Positions 35,052 through 45,226 of a stretch of DNA of 53,419 nucleotides are shown here, one piece after another. Where the stretch lies: contig JAMOQF010000080.1 of the NCBI GenBank assembly GCA_027064125.1, positions 1-53,419 on the forward strand. Direction: 5' to 3'. Within the stretch, counting starts at the first letter, position 1, and every line of letters starts with the position of its first letter. This stretch comes from Acidobacteriota bacterium (lineage in GTDB: Bacteria > Acidobacteriota > JAAYUB01 > JAMOQF01). A program made the position numbers and the translations under genes. The notes under the pieces were generated by a model. That model ran no database searches. It saw only the letters and a list, made by a program, of their open reading frames with translations, and was not told the DNA's origin.

Positions 35052-36506
35052 GTGGCTGAAATATTAAAAGGATTAAAACCAGAAAAGTTATGGCATCATT
35101 TTGAGGAGATTTCCAAGATTCCAAGGTGTTCAAAGCATGAAGAAAAGGTGAGGGAATATCTAATTTCTTTTGCTAAGGAGAAAGGCTTTGAATACAAGGT
35201 TGATGAGGTCGGAAATGTTGTAATAATTAAAAAAGCAGATCCTGGGTTTGAGGATAAGCCCACCATCATTTTGCAGGGACATATTGACATGGTTTGTGAG
35301 AAAAACAAGGATACTCAACATGATTTTGAGAAAGAGGGTGTAAAACTTGTGGTGGATGGAGATTGGCTCAGGGCTGATGGTACCACCCTTGGTGCTGACA
35401 ATGGAGTAGGTGTGGCTGCGGCTCTTGCAATTCTTGAAGATGAGAATTTGAAAAGCGGGAGAATAGAAGCTCTATTTACTATTGATGAGGAAACTGGACT
35501 TACTGGGGCTTTTAATCTGGATCCAAATATGGTTTCTGGAAAAATCTTGTTAAATCTGGATTCTGAAGAGGAAGGTGTAATTTATATAGGTTGTGCAGGT
35601 GGAAGGGACACTAAATTTTCCCTTTATATTACCGAAGAAGAGCCCTCCTTTGAAATGAGTTTTTTAAAGTTGAAAATAGAAGGTTTAAGGGGAGGACATT
35701 CTGGACTTAATATACATGAAGGTAGAGGAAATGCCATAAAGTTAATGGCGCGGGCTTTATATTACTTAAGAAAGAGTGTAAATTACAATATATACCACTT
35801 TGATGGTGGAGATAAACACAATGCCATTCCCAGAGAGGTAGAGGTGGGAATTGCAGTGAATGGTAGGATAAAGGATGAAACTAAAAAGATGTTTGAGGAA
35901 TTTTGTGAACTTTTAAAGGAAGAATATAAGATTACAGAACCCAATTTTTCCTATTCTGTTGTAGAAGATGAGAGGAGTGATTTTATTTGTGATTTAACCT
36001 CCACAGATGAAATGGTAAACTTTTTAATGAGTTTGCCCCATGGGGTAATATCTATGAGTGCGGCAGTGGAGGGACTTGTTGAAACATCCACAAATCTTGC
36101 TGTTGCAAAGTTAAAAGATGGTATGTTTGAAGTACTTTCCAGTCATAGAAGTTCTGTTGCAAGTAGTATAGATTGGATGGGAGATTATCACAGGGCCCTT
36201 GGAGAATTAATAGGTGCTGAAATTGAGCAGGACAAGGGGTATCCTGGGTGGACTCCAAATCCCGATTCTGAGGTTCTCAAGGTTGCAAAGGGTGTTTTTG
36301 AAAGAGTTTTAGGAAAAGTAGACGTAAAGGCAATTCATGCAGGACTTGAGTGTGGAATTATTGGGGAAAAGTGTGGGGGACTTGATTCCATTTCCTTTGG
36401 CCCTGACATTTTTGGAGCCCACTCTCCGGAAGAGAAAGTGGGGATTAAATCCACTGAAAGGTTTTATGAGTGCCTTAGGGAACTCATAGAGGAGTTAAAT
36501 AAGTAA
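35052..36506 (+). CDS. pepD: Aminoacyl-histidine dipeptidase (M20C, PepD)
   Basis: A GTG start follows AGGAGG. PepD-family motifs are present: LWHHFEEISKIPRCS, QGHIDMV, GADNGVG and TIDEETGLTGA. Confidence 0.88.
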   Translation: MAEILKGLKPEKLWHHFEEISKIPRCSKHEEKVREYLISFAKEKGFEYKVDEVGNVVIIKKADPGFEDKPTIILQGHIDMVCEKNKDTQHDFEKEGVKLVVDGDWLRADGTTLGADNGVGVAAALAILEDENLKSGRIEALFTIDEETGLTGAFNLDPNMVSGKILLNLDSEEEGVIYIGCAGGRDTKFSLYITEEEPSFEMSFLKLKIEGLRGGHSGLNIHEGRGNAIKLMARALYYLRKSVNYNIYHFDGGDKHNAIPREVEVGIAVNGRIKDETKKMFEEFCELLKEEYKITEPNFSYSVVEDERSDFICDLTSTDEMVNFLMSLPHGVISMSAAVEGLVETSTNLAVAKLKDGMFEVLSSHRSSVASSIDWMGDYHRALGELIGAEIEQDKGYPGWTPNPDSEVLKVAKGVFERVLGKVDVKAIHAGLECGIIGEKCGGLDSISFGPDIFGAHSPEEKVGIKSTERFYECLRELIEELNK

Positions 36507-36516
36507 ATTTACATAT

Positions 36517-36538
36517 GGGAGGTCTTACCTCCCTTTTT
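36517..36538 (+). terminator. Rho-independent terminator after pepD
   Basis: The stem pairs GGGAGGT with ACCTCCC around a 3-nt loop and is followed by TTTTT. Confidence 0.75.
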
Positions 36539-36561
36539 CATTTTCGTTATGGGGGATTGAC

Positions 36562-37647
36562 ATGAAGTGGAGTTTTTTTCTTCTCTTTTTTTTTCTTTTT
36601 CCCAATTTCTTTTTTTGTGGTGAAAAAAAGTTTGATTTAAAGTTGGCAACAGATCTCTCTTCTCTTGCTTTAAAATGTATTGATAGAGAGTATCCCAACA
36701 AGCCTGCCGATGTTTTAAATTCCATAGAGGATGTCAAAATTACAAGGGAAAAACATCCAGTATTTTTTGGATGTTTTGATTACCACTCTTCTGTACATGG
36801 ACACTGGATGCTTTTAAAAATAGCAAAGTTGTTTCCAGATTCTTCCCTTTCAAAAAGGATATATGAAAGATTAGATGCCCATTTTACAGAAGGAAAACTT
36901 TTAAAAGAGGCTGATTATTTTAAAAATCCATACACTAAAAGTTTTGAAAGGCCCTATGGATGGGGATGGCTTTTGAGATTAATACTTGAGGTAAAGAAAA
37001 GGCCTCAGAATGAATATACGAAAAAATGGGAAAAGTATTTTAGCCCCCTTGAAAGGGTAATTGTAGATAGATTTGTCTATTATTTAAATAATTTAAAGTT
37101 TCCAATAAGAAGTTCAGAGCACTCAAACACTGCTTTTGCTCTCTCAAATGCCTATGACTATGCTATTTATGTGGGAAATGAAAAACTAAAAAATTTAATA
37201 GAGAAAAGGGCGAGAGATTTTTACTATTCTGATGAGGATTATCCCATAGAATATGAACCTGATGGGGAGGCTTTTTTATCGCCTGCTCTGACTGAGGCAG
37301 ACTTGATGTGTAGGATTTTGAGCAGGAATGAATTTAATAGTTGGTTTAAAAAATTTTTACCCTTTGAGAAGATCAAAAGATGTAGGAATTTTAATCGACC
37401 TGTTGGCGTGAGTAATAAAAGTGATCCCAAAATGATACATATGGATGGTCTTAATCTCTCTAAGGCATGGGCTTTTAAAGATATATATAAAATTGTGGAT
37501 GACAGGGCAGAAAGGGAATTTTTGTATAACTGCTATTTAAAACACAGGGAATATGGATTGAGAAATGTGATGAGTGGTAATTATGGGGGAGACCACTGGC
37601 TTGCAAGTTTTGCAATTTACCTTTTGACTGTTGAACCTGAAAAGTAA
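36562..37647 (+). CDS. DUF2891-family protein with signal peptide
   Basis: It has a hydrophobic N-terminus, and the motif FGCFDYHSSVHGHW resembles the DUF2891 signature. Confidence 0.6.
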   Translation: MKWSFFLLFFFLFPNFFFCGEKKFDLKLATDLSSLALKCIDREYPNKPADVLNSIEDVKITREKHPVFFGCFDYHSSVHGHWMLLKIAKLFPDSSLSKRIYERLDAHFTEGKLLKEADYFKNPYTKSFERPYGWGWLLRLILEVKKRPQNEYTKKWEKYFSPLERVIVDRFVYYLNNLKFPIRSSEHSNTAFALSNAYDYAIYVGNEKLKNLIEKRARDFYYSDEDYPIEYEPDGEAFLSPALTEADLMCRILSRNEFNSWFKKFLPFEKIKRCRNFNRPVGVSNKSDPKMIHMDGLNLSKAWAFKDIYKIVDDRAEREFLYNCYLKHREYGLRNVMSGNYGGDHWLASFAIYLLTVEPEK

Positions 37648-37725
37648 AGATTGTGAAGTTTATGTGTGTATTTGAATTTTTTTGTTATAATTAATATTAG
37701 ATAAAATTTTTCAATGGGGAATTTT

Positions 37726-38754
37726 ATGAAGGCAGTAATTTTAGCAGGTGGAAGAAGCACTAAATTGCTTCCTCTTACAAAAGATTTTCCAGAGGTGATT
37801 TTACCAATAGGGAACGTTCCTTTAATCTTTTATCAGATGGAATTATTAAAAGAAATTGGTGTAAATGAAGTTATCATTACCTCATCCCACGATCCAAGAT
37901 ATTCCAGGTCTTTATTGGGAGAGGGTGAAAATTTTGGGGTGAAGATAACGTATCTTGTGGAAGATAAAGTTTTAGGTACAGCTGGTGCAATTAAGAATGC
38001 GGCACATCTTCTTGAAGATTATTTTATGGTGATTAATGGAGATATTTTACTCTGTGGTGATTTGTCTGAGGCCATAAATAGTTTTAAAAATTCCAATGCC
38101 CATGGTCTTTTGGTTGTTTCTCATGTGGAAAATCTAAATGAGTGTGGTATGGCTCTTGTAAATGGTGGTGGGGTATTGAAAAATTTTATAGAAAAGCCAA
38201 AAAGTGATGAGATATCAAGTGGAGGCCTTGCAAATACTGGAGTTTACTTTTTCAAAAGGGATATTCTGGATTTTATACCGGATGGTCAATATTATTCAAT
38301 AGAGAGGGAACTTTTACCTCTGTTGATTAATGAAAAAAATATTTTGATAAAGACTTTTAAAACAGAAAACTATTGGCGTGATATAGGTACCATAGAAAAC
38401 TATAGGCTTGCCAATTTTGATTTTCTAAATGAAAAAGTTACCATATCTGAGTTTTTTGAGAAAAGGTTTATAAGTGAATTTAATAGAGATAAAAGATATG
38501 TGATTGGCAATGATACGATAATTAAAAGTGGAGTAAAGATAAGAAATAGTGTGATTGGGGCTGGTTGTATCATAGAGGATAATGTTGTAATTGAGGATTC
38601 CATTATATGGAATGGAGTTACAATTAAAGAGGGTAGTTTCGTAAATGGAGCAATCATTTGTAAGGGGTGTTTGATAGGAAAGGGGGTTAAATTGGTGAGA
38701 AACACTGTTCTTGGCAATGATACGGTAATTTCAGATTTTTCTAAACTTGGTTAA
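37726..38754 (+). CDS. Sugar-phosphate nucleotidyltransferase with C-terminal left-handed beta-helix
   Basis: The N-terminus MKAVILAGGRSTKLLPLT resembles the G-x-G-x-R NTP-transferase motif. C-terminal hexapeptide repeats are present (IGAGCIIEDNVVIEDSII...). The ORF is also open from ATG 37714. Confidence 0.8.
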   Translation: MKAVILAGGRSTKLLPLTKDFPEVILPIGNVPLIFYQMELLKEIGVNEVIITSSHDPRYSRSLLGEGENFGVKITYLVEDKVLGTAGAIKNAAHLLEDYFMVINGDILLCGDLSEAINSFKNSNAHGLLVVSHVENLNECGMALVNGGGVLKNFIEKPKSDEISSGGLANTGVYFFKRDILDFIPDGQYYSIERELLPLLINEKNILIKTFKTENYWRDIGTIENYRLANFDFLNEKVTISEFFEKRFISEFNRDKRYVIGNDTIIKSGVKIRNSVIGAGCIIEDNVVIEDSIIWNGVTIKEGSFVNGAIICKGCLIGKGVKLVRNTVLGNDTVISDFSKLG

Positions 38755-38755
38755 A

Positions 38756-39379
38756 ATGAATATACCTAATTTATTGACTCTTTTAAGGGTTTTTTTGGTA
38801 CCCATTTTAGTGGTAATATTACTTACTCGGGCTCCCAATAAGGAGATTTGGGGCACAATTATCTTTCTATCTGCTTCTTTAACGGATTTTTTAGATGGTT
38901 ATATAGCGCGTAAAAAACACCAGGTAACCTTTTTTGGAATGTTAATTGATCCCATAGCGGATAAACTGCTTATTTCTTCTGCCTTTATTTCTCTGGTTGA
39001 ACTCCATATTGTTCCTGCATGGATGGTTGTCGTAATTGTGGGAAGGGAGTTTGCTGTAACTGGATTGAGAAGTGCCGCATCAATTGAAAAGATAACAATA
39101 AAAGCCTCTATACTTGGCAAGATTAAAATGTTTTTTCAAGTTGTGGCAATTTCTCTTTTATTGTTGGGCTCAAAATATGGGGGAATTTTAGAATTTTTGG
39201 GAGAAATAATGCTCTGGATTGTCCTTGTGGTTGCAGTTGTTTCTATGATTCAATATTTTTATAAATTCTGGGGAAAAATAAATGAACGCCACAGGAAAAG
39301 ACTTGAAAATAAGAGAAAAAAATATAAGGAAAAAATATTAAAAAAATTAAAGAAAAAGACAGAAGAGATCAATAGATAG
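38756..39379 (+). CDS. pgsA: CDP-diacylglycerol--glycerol-3-phosphate 3-phosphatidyltransferase
   Basis: The start NIPNLLTLLR and the CDP-alcohol phosphatidyltransferase motif DGYIARK...G...DPIADK are present. It has an unusual Lys/Arg-rich C-terminal tail of about 35 aa. The ORF is open from TTG 38747. Confidence 0.88.
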   Translation: MNIPNLLTLLRVFLVPILVVILLTRAPNKEIWGTIIFLSASLTDFLDGYIARKKHQVTFFGMLIDPIADKLLISSAFISLVELHIVPAWMVVVIVGREFAVTGLRSAASIEKITIKASILGKIKMFFQVVAISLLLLGSKYGGILEFLGEIMLWIVLVVAVVSMIQYFYKFWGKINERHRKRLENKRKKYKEKILKKLKKKTEEINR

Positions 39380-40124
39380 TAAAATCAACTTCAATAGTTA
39401 TGTAGCAGTCAACTGGTTTTCCATCTTTTAATGCGGGTTTAAATTTCCATTTAGTTTGGACTGTTCTGATTGCCTCTTCATCAAGTCCATAACCCAATCC
39501 TTTTATAACTTTTAAACTGTCAACCCTTCCATTTTTCCTCACAATACCATATAGGAGTACCACTCCCGTTATTCTATTTTTAATTGCTTCATCCGTATAT
39601 TTTGGGTCTTCTTTGTGGATTAAAACTGGAGGGGTTATACCGCCACCAATTCTGTATACGCCATTTCCTCCACTGCCTTCACCTTCACCGGCAAGTGGGC
39701 CACCTCCACCGCCCCCTGGAGGCCCTTCAATTTCTCCAAGATTGATGTTATCTGAAAGTTGATCAACCACATCGGGAAGTGTTTCCTTGGCCTCTTCATA
39801 AACAGGTTCCGGTTGGTCAGGGGTTAAGTCAGGTACTGGAATTGAAACAGAAATTTTCTTGGGTGAGGATTTTTTTACCACTTTTTTTACCGGATTGTTT
39901 TTTTTGGGGCCTCCCAATTTTTTAGCTGGTGGGGATAATCTCTTAATATTGGTAATGGTGTATATAATATTGTCTTTTTTACCTGTAAGTTCCGGGAATT
40001 TTATTATAAAGATAACAAGATGTACCACTATTGCTATTAAGATGGCCTTTTTTATGGGTCTCTTATCTTCTTTTAGAACTATTTCGTAAAGTTCTTCTTT
40101 TTTAAAGTCGCTGACCTTTTCCAT
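39369..40124 (-). CDS. tonB: TonB-family energy transducer
   Basis: An N-terminal TM anchor is followed by a Lys/Pro-rich spacer and a Gly-rich tract. The C-terminal TonB domain reads GVVLLYGIVRKNGRVDSLKVIKGLGYGLDEEAIRTV..WKFKPA..DGKPV. Confidence 0.85.
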   Translation of the reverse strand: MEKVSDFKKEELYEIVLKEDKRPIKKAILIAIVVHLVIFIIKFPELTGKKDNIIYTITNIKRLSPPAKKLGGPKKNNPVKKVVKKSSPKKISVSIPVPDLTPDQPEPVYEEAKETLPDVVDQLSDNINLGEIEGPPGGGGGGPLAGEGEGSGGNGVYRIGGGITPPVLIHKEDPKYTDEAIKNRITGVVLLYGIVRKNGRVDSLKVIKGLGYGLDEEAIRTVQTKWKFKPALKDGKPVDCYITIEVDFTIY

Positions 40125-40208
40125 ATATATACCAACACCAAATAGTCTCCATTTTAAATTACTTTACATCTTTATTCAAATAAATTTTTGGGGGAGATCT
40201 TTCACGTT

Positions 40209-41954
40209 TTAGCGATTAAAGAGTTTTTCCTTCATTAATTTTGAATTTAAATAATTGTTGAGGATAGGATAGATATTTTTGTAATTTAAATTATTGAGGA
40301 AACAGTTTAATTTGTTGAAATCTTTTGGGTAAATGAAATTTTCTTTTAAAAGTGAAAGAAATCTTTTACCTTTGATACTAAATAGGTATCTTCTCATACT
40401 TATTTTTGCACCTATTATATTTCCCACTCTGGAGTTGAAGGTGTAATTGAAGTCTATGCATGATTTTAGATTTTTTATCTTTATTTTATTGAATATGTTT
40501 TTGAAGTTCTTCAGGATGGGGTCTTCTGTGCTGGTGCCATTTTCCATTGAGATTGATACACTCACATTTCCAAGAAAGTCTATCACCATGGAGAGTGTAA
40601 AACCTTTCCCATTGCTTTTGAGAATATTTATGTTGCCAAATTTCTGGGCTGGAAAATCTTTATAAATTCTCAGTTTTAGTTTTGAGATGAGGGAACTCTT
40701 TTGTTTTAAATATTTCTCTAATACCCTTTCAACTTCCCCTGTTATATTTGATGAAGATTTCAGGATGTTGAATTTCCCATTACTGTTTAAAAATATGTCG
40801 TATTCTTTTAATTCAAGTGTCTTACTGGAGGCAATTTTTATATTTATCGGATATATGAAATACTCCTTTTTGGTGCCCACATACTTTTCCCTTCTTGCTT
40901 CCTTCTTTTCCCTATCTGCAAGTGTGGGATCCACAATTACCCACTTTATTTTTTCATCTCTTTCGGGAAAACCAACTTCCAGCCAGGTGTGTTTTTCAAG
41001 GATGTTATAGTCGAATATTGCCCCATAAATTTCCCTCACGGGGATGTGATTAAATCTCAGAAGGGCACTTGTGATTCTCACGTAATCATTGCAGTCCCCC
41101 TTTTTGTTTAGTAGGATTTGAAATGGTGTGAAGAAGGTATCATTCTGGAGGTAGATCATGTTTTCACATACACTGTTTACTGTTTTTAGAAGTATTTCAT
41201 ATTCACTTTTTTGATTTTCCCTTATTTTTTTTGCTATTTTTGAAAAAAATTTTTTTTCATAATCATTTTTATATTCCCTATTTGGCAGGGGACTTGAAAA
41301 AATTTTAATCTCAGGAAGATTCGACGCTCTGTCTGTGGGGATGGTGGGATCATATCTATTAAGGATTATCTTTCCTCTTATGTTTATTGATATAAACTCA
41401 CTTTTTTCTTTTCTTATGAATTCTACTATTATCCTTGGAAAGAGTTTATAAAATTTCCTCAGGTAAAAATTTTTTAAATTTCCTCCCCTTATATTTACGC
41501 TTTCAATTTTTATCTCCGGAGAAAATATTAGAGGTAAATTTATCATGAAAATTGCCCTCTCAACTTTTTTTCTGGATTTGAGGGATCTTTTATTAAATTT
41601 TATGGAGAGGATGAACTCTATCTCCTGGCTGTCATCTATTGGTCTTATGAGTATTATGGGGTTTTTTTCATCACTTTCCAGAAAAATCCCTGAGTTAAAA
41701 ATTTCACCGTCCTGAAATATTGTGGGGGTGTTATGGATTGGATTGTGGATAAAGATGAAACTTTCCTTTCTTAAGAGAGGGTAAATGCATTTTGCATGTG
41801 TCTCTTCTCCTTTTACAAATCTTTCCCCATTTTTTTTGTTCAATAAAAAGTTTATATAGGAATTTAGATCTTTAAGTCTTATTGATTTATTTAAACTTTC
41901 CCCCAATAGGAAAGTAGAGCAGATTAAGAAGGCAATTAGAAATTTAAATTTCAT
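40209..41954 (-). CDS. Secreted transglutaminase-like (papain-fold) domain protein
   Basis: It has a signal-like N-terminus. A central Cys-His-Asp core is present: KGDCNDYV, HTWLEV and VIVDPT. Its start lies 1 nt after the aminotransferase stop. Confidence 0.7.
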   Translation of the reverse strand: MKFKFLIAFLICSTFLLGESLNKSIRLKDLNSYINFLLNKKNGERFVKGEETHAKCIYPLLRKESFIFIHNPIHNTPTIFQDGEIFNSGIFLESDEKNPIILIRPIDDSQEIEFILSIKFNKRSLKSRKKVERAIFMINLPLIFSPEIKIESVNIRGGNLKNFYLRKFYKLFPRIIVEFIRKEKSEFISINIRGKIILNRYDPTIPTDRASNLPEIKIFSSPLPNREYKNDYEKKFFSKIAKKIRENQKSEYEILLKTVNSVCENMIYLQNDTFFTPFQILLNKKGDCNDYVRITSALLRFNHIPVREIYGAIFDYNILEKHTWLEVGFPERDEKIKWVIVDPTLADREKKEARREKYVGTKKEYFIYPINIKIASSKTLELKEYDIFLNSNGKFNILKSSSNITGEVERVLEKYLKQKSSLISKLKLRIYKDFPAQKFGNINILKSNGKGFTLSMVIDFLGNVSVSISMENGTSTEDPILKNFKNIFNKIKIKNLKSCIDFNYTFNSRVGNIIGAKISMRRYLFSIKGKRFLSLLKENFIYPKDFNKLNCFLNNLNYKNIYPILNNYLNSKLMKEKLFNR

Positions 41955-41955
41955 C

Positions 41956-43149
41956 TCAGAAGTTTTTCCTGATAAACTCTTCTATGAGGTCATAACTTTT
42001 TTCAAGAGTTTTCATATCTGGAAGGGTTACGACCCTGAAATGTTTGGTACCCTCTTTTTGACCAAATCCACTTCCATGTACCACAAGCACCCCGGTTTCA
42101 TGTACAAGTCTTTTGGCAAACTCAAAGTCAGAAATGGGAATATCTATTGAAGGAAATATGTAAAATGCTCCTTTGGGCTTTATTGCTCTAATTCCTTTAA
42201 TTGAATTCAACCTTTTCAGAGAATATTCAGTTCTTTCTTTAAGGGTTTCTATGGCTTTCTTCAGATGTGTTTGATCACCTTCAAGGGCAGTTTTTATGGC
42301 GTATTGTTCAGGATGGTTTGCGCATATCCTTGCCCTTACGAGTTTTTGTAAGGCTGGTAGAAAATCTTCCAATTTTTCCTTATCTCCACTTACAATGCAC
42401 CACCCCATCCTCCATCCGGGGGCTATATAGGATTTTGAGAGCCCATTCAGGGTGATGACACAGACCTCTTCATCCAGAGAGGCGGTGGAGTAGTGAATTG
42501 TTTCCTCTTCAAGTATTAATTTGTCATATATTTCGTCTGAGAATATTACGATATCGTTTTTCTTAGCAATTTCAATTATATGGAGCAATATTTCTTTAGA
42601 GTAGACAGATCCTGTTGGATTATTTGGGTTAATTAAAACAATGGCCCTGGTATTTTTATCTATTTTTGATTCTATATCACTTACATCAGGTTGCCAGTGG
42701 TTTTCTTCATCAAGATAGTAGGGCCTTTCTTCCGCCCCCAGTTTTTTTAAAACAGCGCTATATAGCGGATAACTTGGATACGGGATGAGGACATTTTCCC
42801 CCTCATTTACAAGGGCAGTCATCGCAAGTTCTATGGCTTCTGAGGCACCTGTTGCAGTAAAGATGTAATTTACACTTTTTATCCCCTTTCTAAGGGCTTC
42901 TTTTTTTATCGCAGAGATTGCTTCCTCTATTCCATCGGAAGGAGAATACCCATTTTTCCCATTTAGCATTGCATTATAGACTGCTTCGATTAGATGTCTT
43001 GGCGTTTCAAAGTCGTATTGGAGTGGATCTCCTATGTTAAGGGGAAGAATTTTCTTTCCCTTTTCCCTTGCAATGTTTGCTTCCAAGACTATATCTCTTA
43101 TGGCATATGTAATTTCAAAGGTCCTTTTTGCTGCTTTTATTTTTGACAT
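41956..43149 (-). CDS. Class I/II PLP-dependent aminotransferase (alanine/aspartate aminotransferase-like)
   Basis: The PLP-lysine context LNGLSKSYIAPGWRMGW and the NPNNPTG motif are present. The length is 397 aa. Confidence 0.85.
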   Translation of the reverse strand: MSKIKAAKRTFEITYAIRDIVLEANIAREKGKKILPLNIGDPLQYDFETPRHLIEAVYNAMLNGKNGYSPSDGIEEAISAIKKEALRKGIKSVNYIFTATGASEAIELAMTALVNEGENVLIPYPSYPLYSAVLKKLGAEERPYYLDEENHWQPDVSDIESKIDKNTRAIVLINPNNPTGSVYSKEILLHIIEIAKKNDIVIFSDEIYDKLILEEETIHYSTASLDEEVCVITLNGLSKSYIAPGWRMGWCIVSGDKEKLEDFLPALQKLVRARICANHPEQYAIKTALEGDQTHLKKAIETLKERTEYSLKRLNSIKGIRAIKPKGAFYIFPSIDIPISDFEFAKRLVHETGVLVVHGSGFGQKEGTKHFRVVTLPDMKTLEKSYDLIEEFIRKNF

Positions 43150-43172
43150 AAAGACTCCTTTAAAAAAAATTT

Positions 43173-44072
43173 TTAACTTGTTTTCATTGCAAAGGCAATG
43201 GAGAGAAATTTTGTCTCTTCAGAATCTGCTCTTGATGTAAGTACGATTGGTCTTTTTGCCCCCACAATAATTCCGGCTGTTTTAAAACCTCCCAGATAAC
43301 TTAAAACCTTATAAAAGCAGTTCCCAGTTTCAATTTCCGGAGCTATGGCAATATCTGCATCTCCACCAACTTCACTTTTGATTCCCTTTACCTCACAGGA
43401 CTTTTTTGAAAAGGCGTTGTCCACAGCAAGTGGTCCATCTATTATACATCCCTTTATCTGTCCCCTTTTGTTCATCATTGTGATTATGGCTGCATCTCCT
43501 GTGCAGGGCATATTTTCAGGATTTACCTTTTCAACTGCTGCAAGAAGTGCAACCTTTGGTATATCTATCCCCAATTTGTGTGCCGCTTCAACACTGTTTT
43601 TTATGATATCTATTTTTTGATTTAAATTGGGAGCAATATTCATTGCAGCATCACTCATGAGAATTAATTTGTGATATGCGGGAACTTCAAATGCTGCAAG
43701 ATGGGATAATAGCCTTTCTGTCCTGAACCCATTTTCTTTATCTAAAACTCCCTTTAAAAGGGTTGCAGTTGAACAGAGCCCCTTCATCAAGACATCTGCC
43801 TTTCCTTCTTTTACAAGAGAAATTGCTCTTTTTACCGATTCCCTTTCATCTTTTTCATCAACAATTTCAAATCTGTCCTTTTCTACATTTAAATTTCTTA
43901 ATATCTCTTCAATTTTTTCCCGTGGCCCCACAAGAATTCCATCTGCGATGTCTTCTTCTTTGGCCTTTAATAGGGCTTCGATTACATCCCTGTCGTGGGC
44001 ATATGCAACTGCAATTTTTTTTGTCTTGCTTCCCTTTACCTCTTTTATCAATTGGTCAAAGTTCCTAATCAT
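43173..44072 (-). CDS. ptb: Phosphate butyryltransferase (phosphate acyltransferase family)
   Basis: This ~300-aa PTA/PTB-family sequence sits immediately downstream of butyrate kinase. Its RBS lies within the end of buk. Confidence 0.82.
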   Translation of the reverse strand: MIRNFDQLIKEVKGSKTKKIAVAYAHDRDVIEALLKAKEEDIADGILVGPREKIEEILRNLNVEKDRFEIVDEKDERESVKRAISLVKEGKADVLMKGLCSTATLLKGVLDKENGFRTERLLSHLAAFEVPAYHKLILMSDAAMNIAPNLNQKIDIIKNSVEAAHKLGIDIPKVALLAAVEKVNPENMPCTGDAAIITMMNKRGQIKGCIIDGPLAVDNAFSKKSCEVKGIKSEVGGDADIAIAPEIETGNCFYKVLSYLGGFKTAGIIVGAKRPIVLTSRADSEETKFLSIAFAMKTS

Positions 44073-44074
44073 TC

Positions 44075-45166
44075 TTACCTCCAGAAGTAGCCATATATTT
44101 TTGGTCTCTCTTCACCTTTTAAAACCCTGAGTGCACCCTCCATAAGTGCCCTCATTTCTTCCTCTCCAGGATAAACCACCACCGGTGCAATAAATTTTAC
44201 CCTATTTATTATCCAGTTGACAAACATTTCATCGTAGGCGATACCTCCTGTGAGGATTATTCTATCCACCTCACCATTTACAACTGTTGCCATAGCACCT
44301 ATACACTTTGCCACCTGATATGCCATTGCCTCATAAATAAGTTGCCATTCTTTATTTCCCTTTTTAACCTCATCAGATACCTTTTTCATATTATTTGTGC
44401 CAAGGTAATCGACTATTCCACCTTTACCTTTTATCTTTTTTAAGACATATTCAAGGGTGTACCTTCCACTAAAGCACTCTCTTACCAAATCCCCCACAGG
44501 GAGAGTTCCTGATCTCTCAGGGGTAAAAGGGCCTTCACCATCAAGGGCGTTATTTACATCCACAACTCTTCCTTTTTTATGTATTCCTATTGAAATACCG
44601 CCTCCCATGTGTGCAACGATGAAATTGAAATCTTCATACTTTCCTCCGATTTCCTTTGCCACTTTTCTTGCAACTGCCTTGTGATTTAGAGCGTGGAAAA
44701 TACTTTTTCTTGGAAGGGCCTTTAGACCTGATAAACGCGCAATTTCTTCCATTTCATCAACTACTACAGGGTCAACAATATAGCATGGTATACCATGGGA
44801 TTTTGCAAGTTCGTGGGCAAGGATTGCCCCTAAATTTGAGGCATGTGCCCCCATAACACATTTTCTTAGATGTTCAAGCATTGCTTCATTTACAAGGTAT
44901 GTTCCACCTGGTACAGGCATTGTAAGTCCACCTCTTGCCACTATCGTATCCAGTTTACTGATATCTATATTCCTTTCCTTTAAAAAAGAGGCGATGCTTC
45001 TATGTCTGAAGCAAAACTGATCACAAATTCTTGTAAACTGATTCAATTCCTCGGTTGAGTGCCTGATGGTTTCTGAAAAGATTTCCTTTTCATTTTCATA
45101 GTAGGCCAATTTTGTAGAAGTGGAACCGGGATTTATAACCAGAATGCGATATATTTTTTTCCCCAT
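44075..45166 (-). CDS. buk: Butyrate (branched-chain acyl) kinase
   Basis: The N-terminus ILVINPGSTSTKLA is typical of ASKHA acetate/butyrate kinases. The internal motif AHMGGGIS is present and the length is 363 aa. Confidence 0.9.
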   Translation of the reverse strand: MGKKIYRILVINPGSTSTKLAYYENEKEIFSETIRHSTEELNQFTRICDQFCFRHRSIASFLKERNIDISKLDTIVARGGLTMPVPGGTYLVNEAMLEHLRKCVMGAHASNLGAILAHELAKSHGIPCYIVDPVVVDEMEEIARLSGLKALPRKSIFHALNHKAVARKVAKEIGGKYEDFNFIVAHMGGGISIGIHKKGRVVDVNNALDGEGPFTPERSGTLPVGDLVRECFSGRYTLEYVLKKIKGKGGIVDYLGTNNMKKVSDEVKKGNKEWQLIYEAMAYQVAKCIGAMATVVNGEVDRIILTGGIAYDEMFVNWIINRVKFIAPVVVYPGEEEMRALMEGALRVLKGEERPKIYGYFWR

Positions 45167-45226
45167 TTTTAACCTCTTGGTTTATACTTAAAGTAAATTT
45201 TACAATAAAAGTAAAAAATGTAAAAA

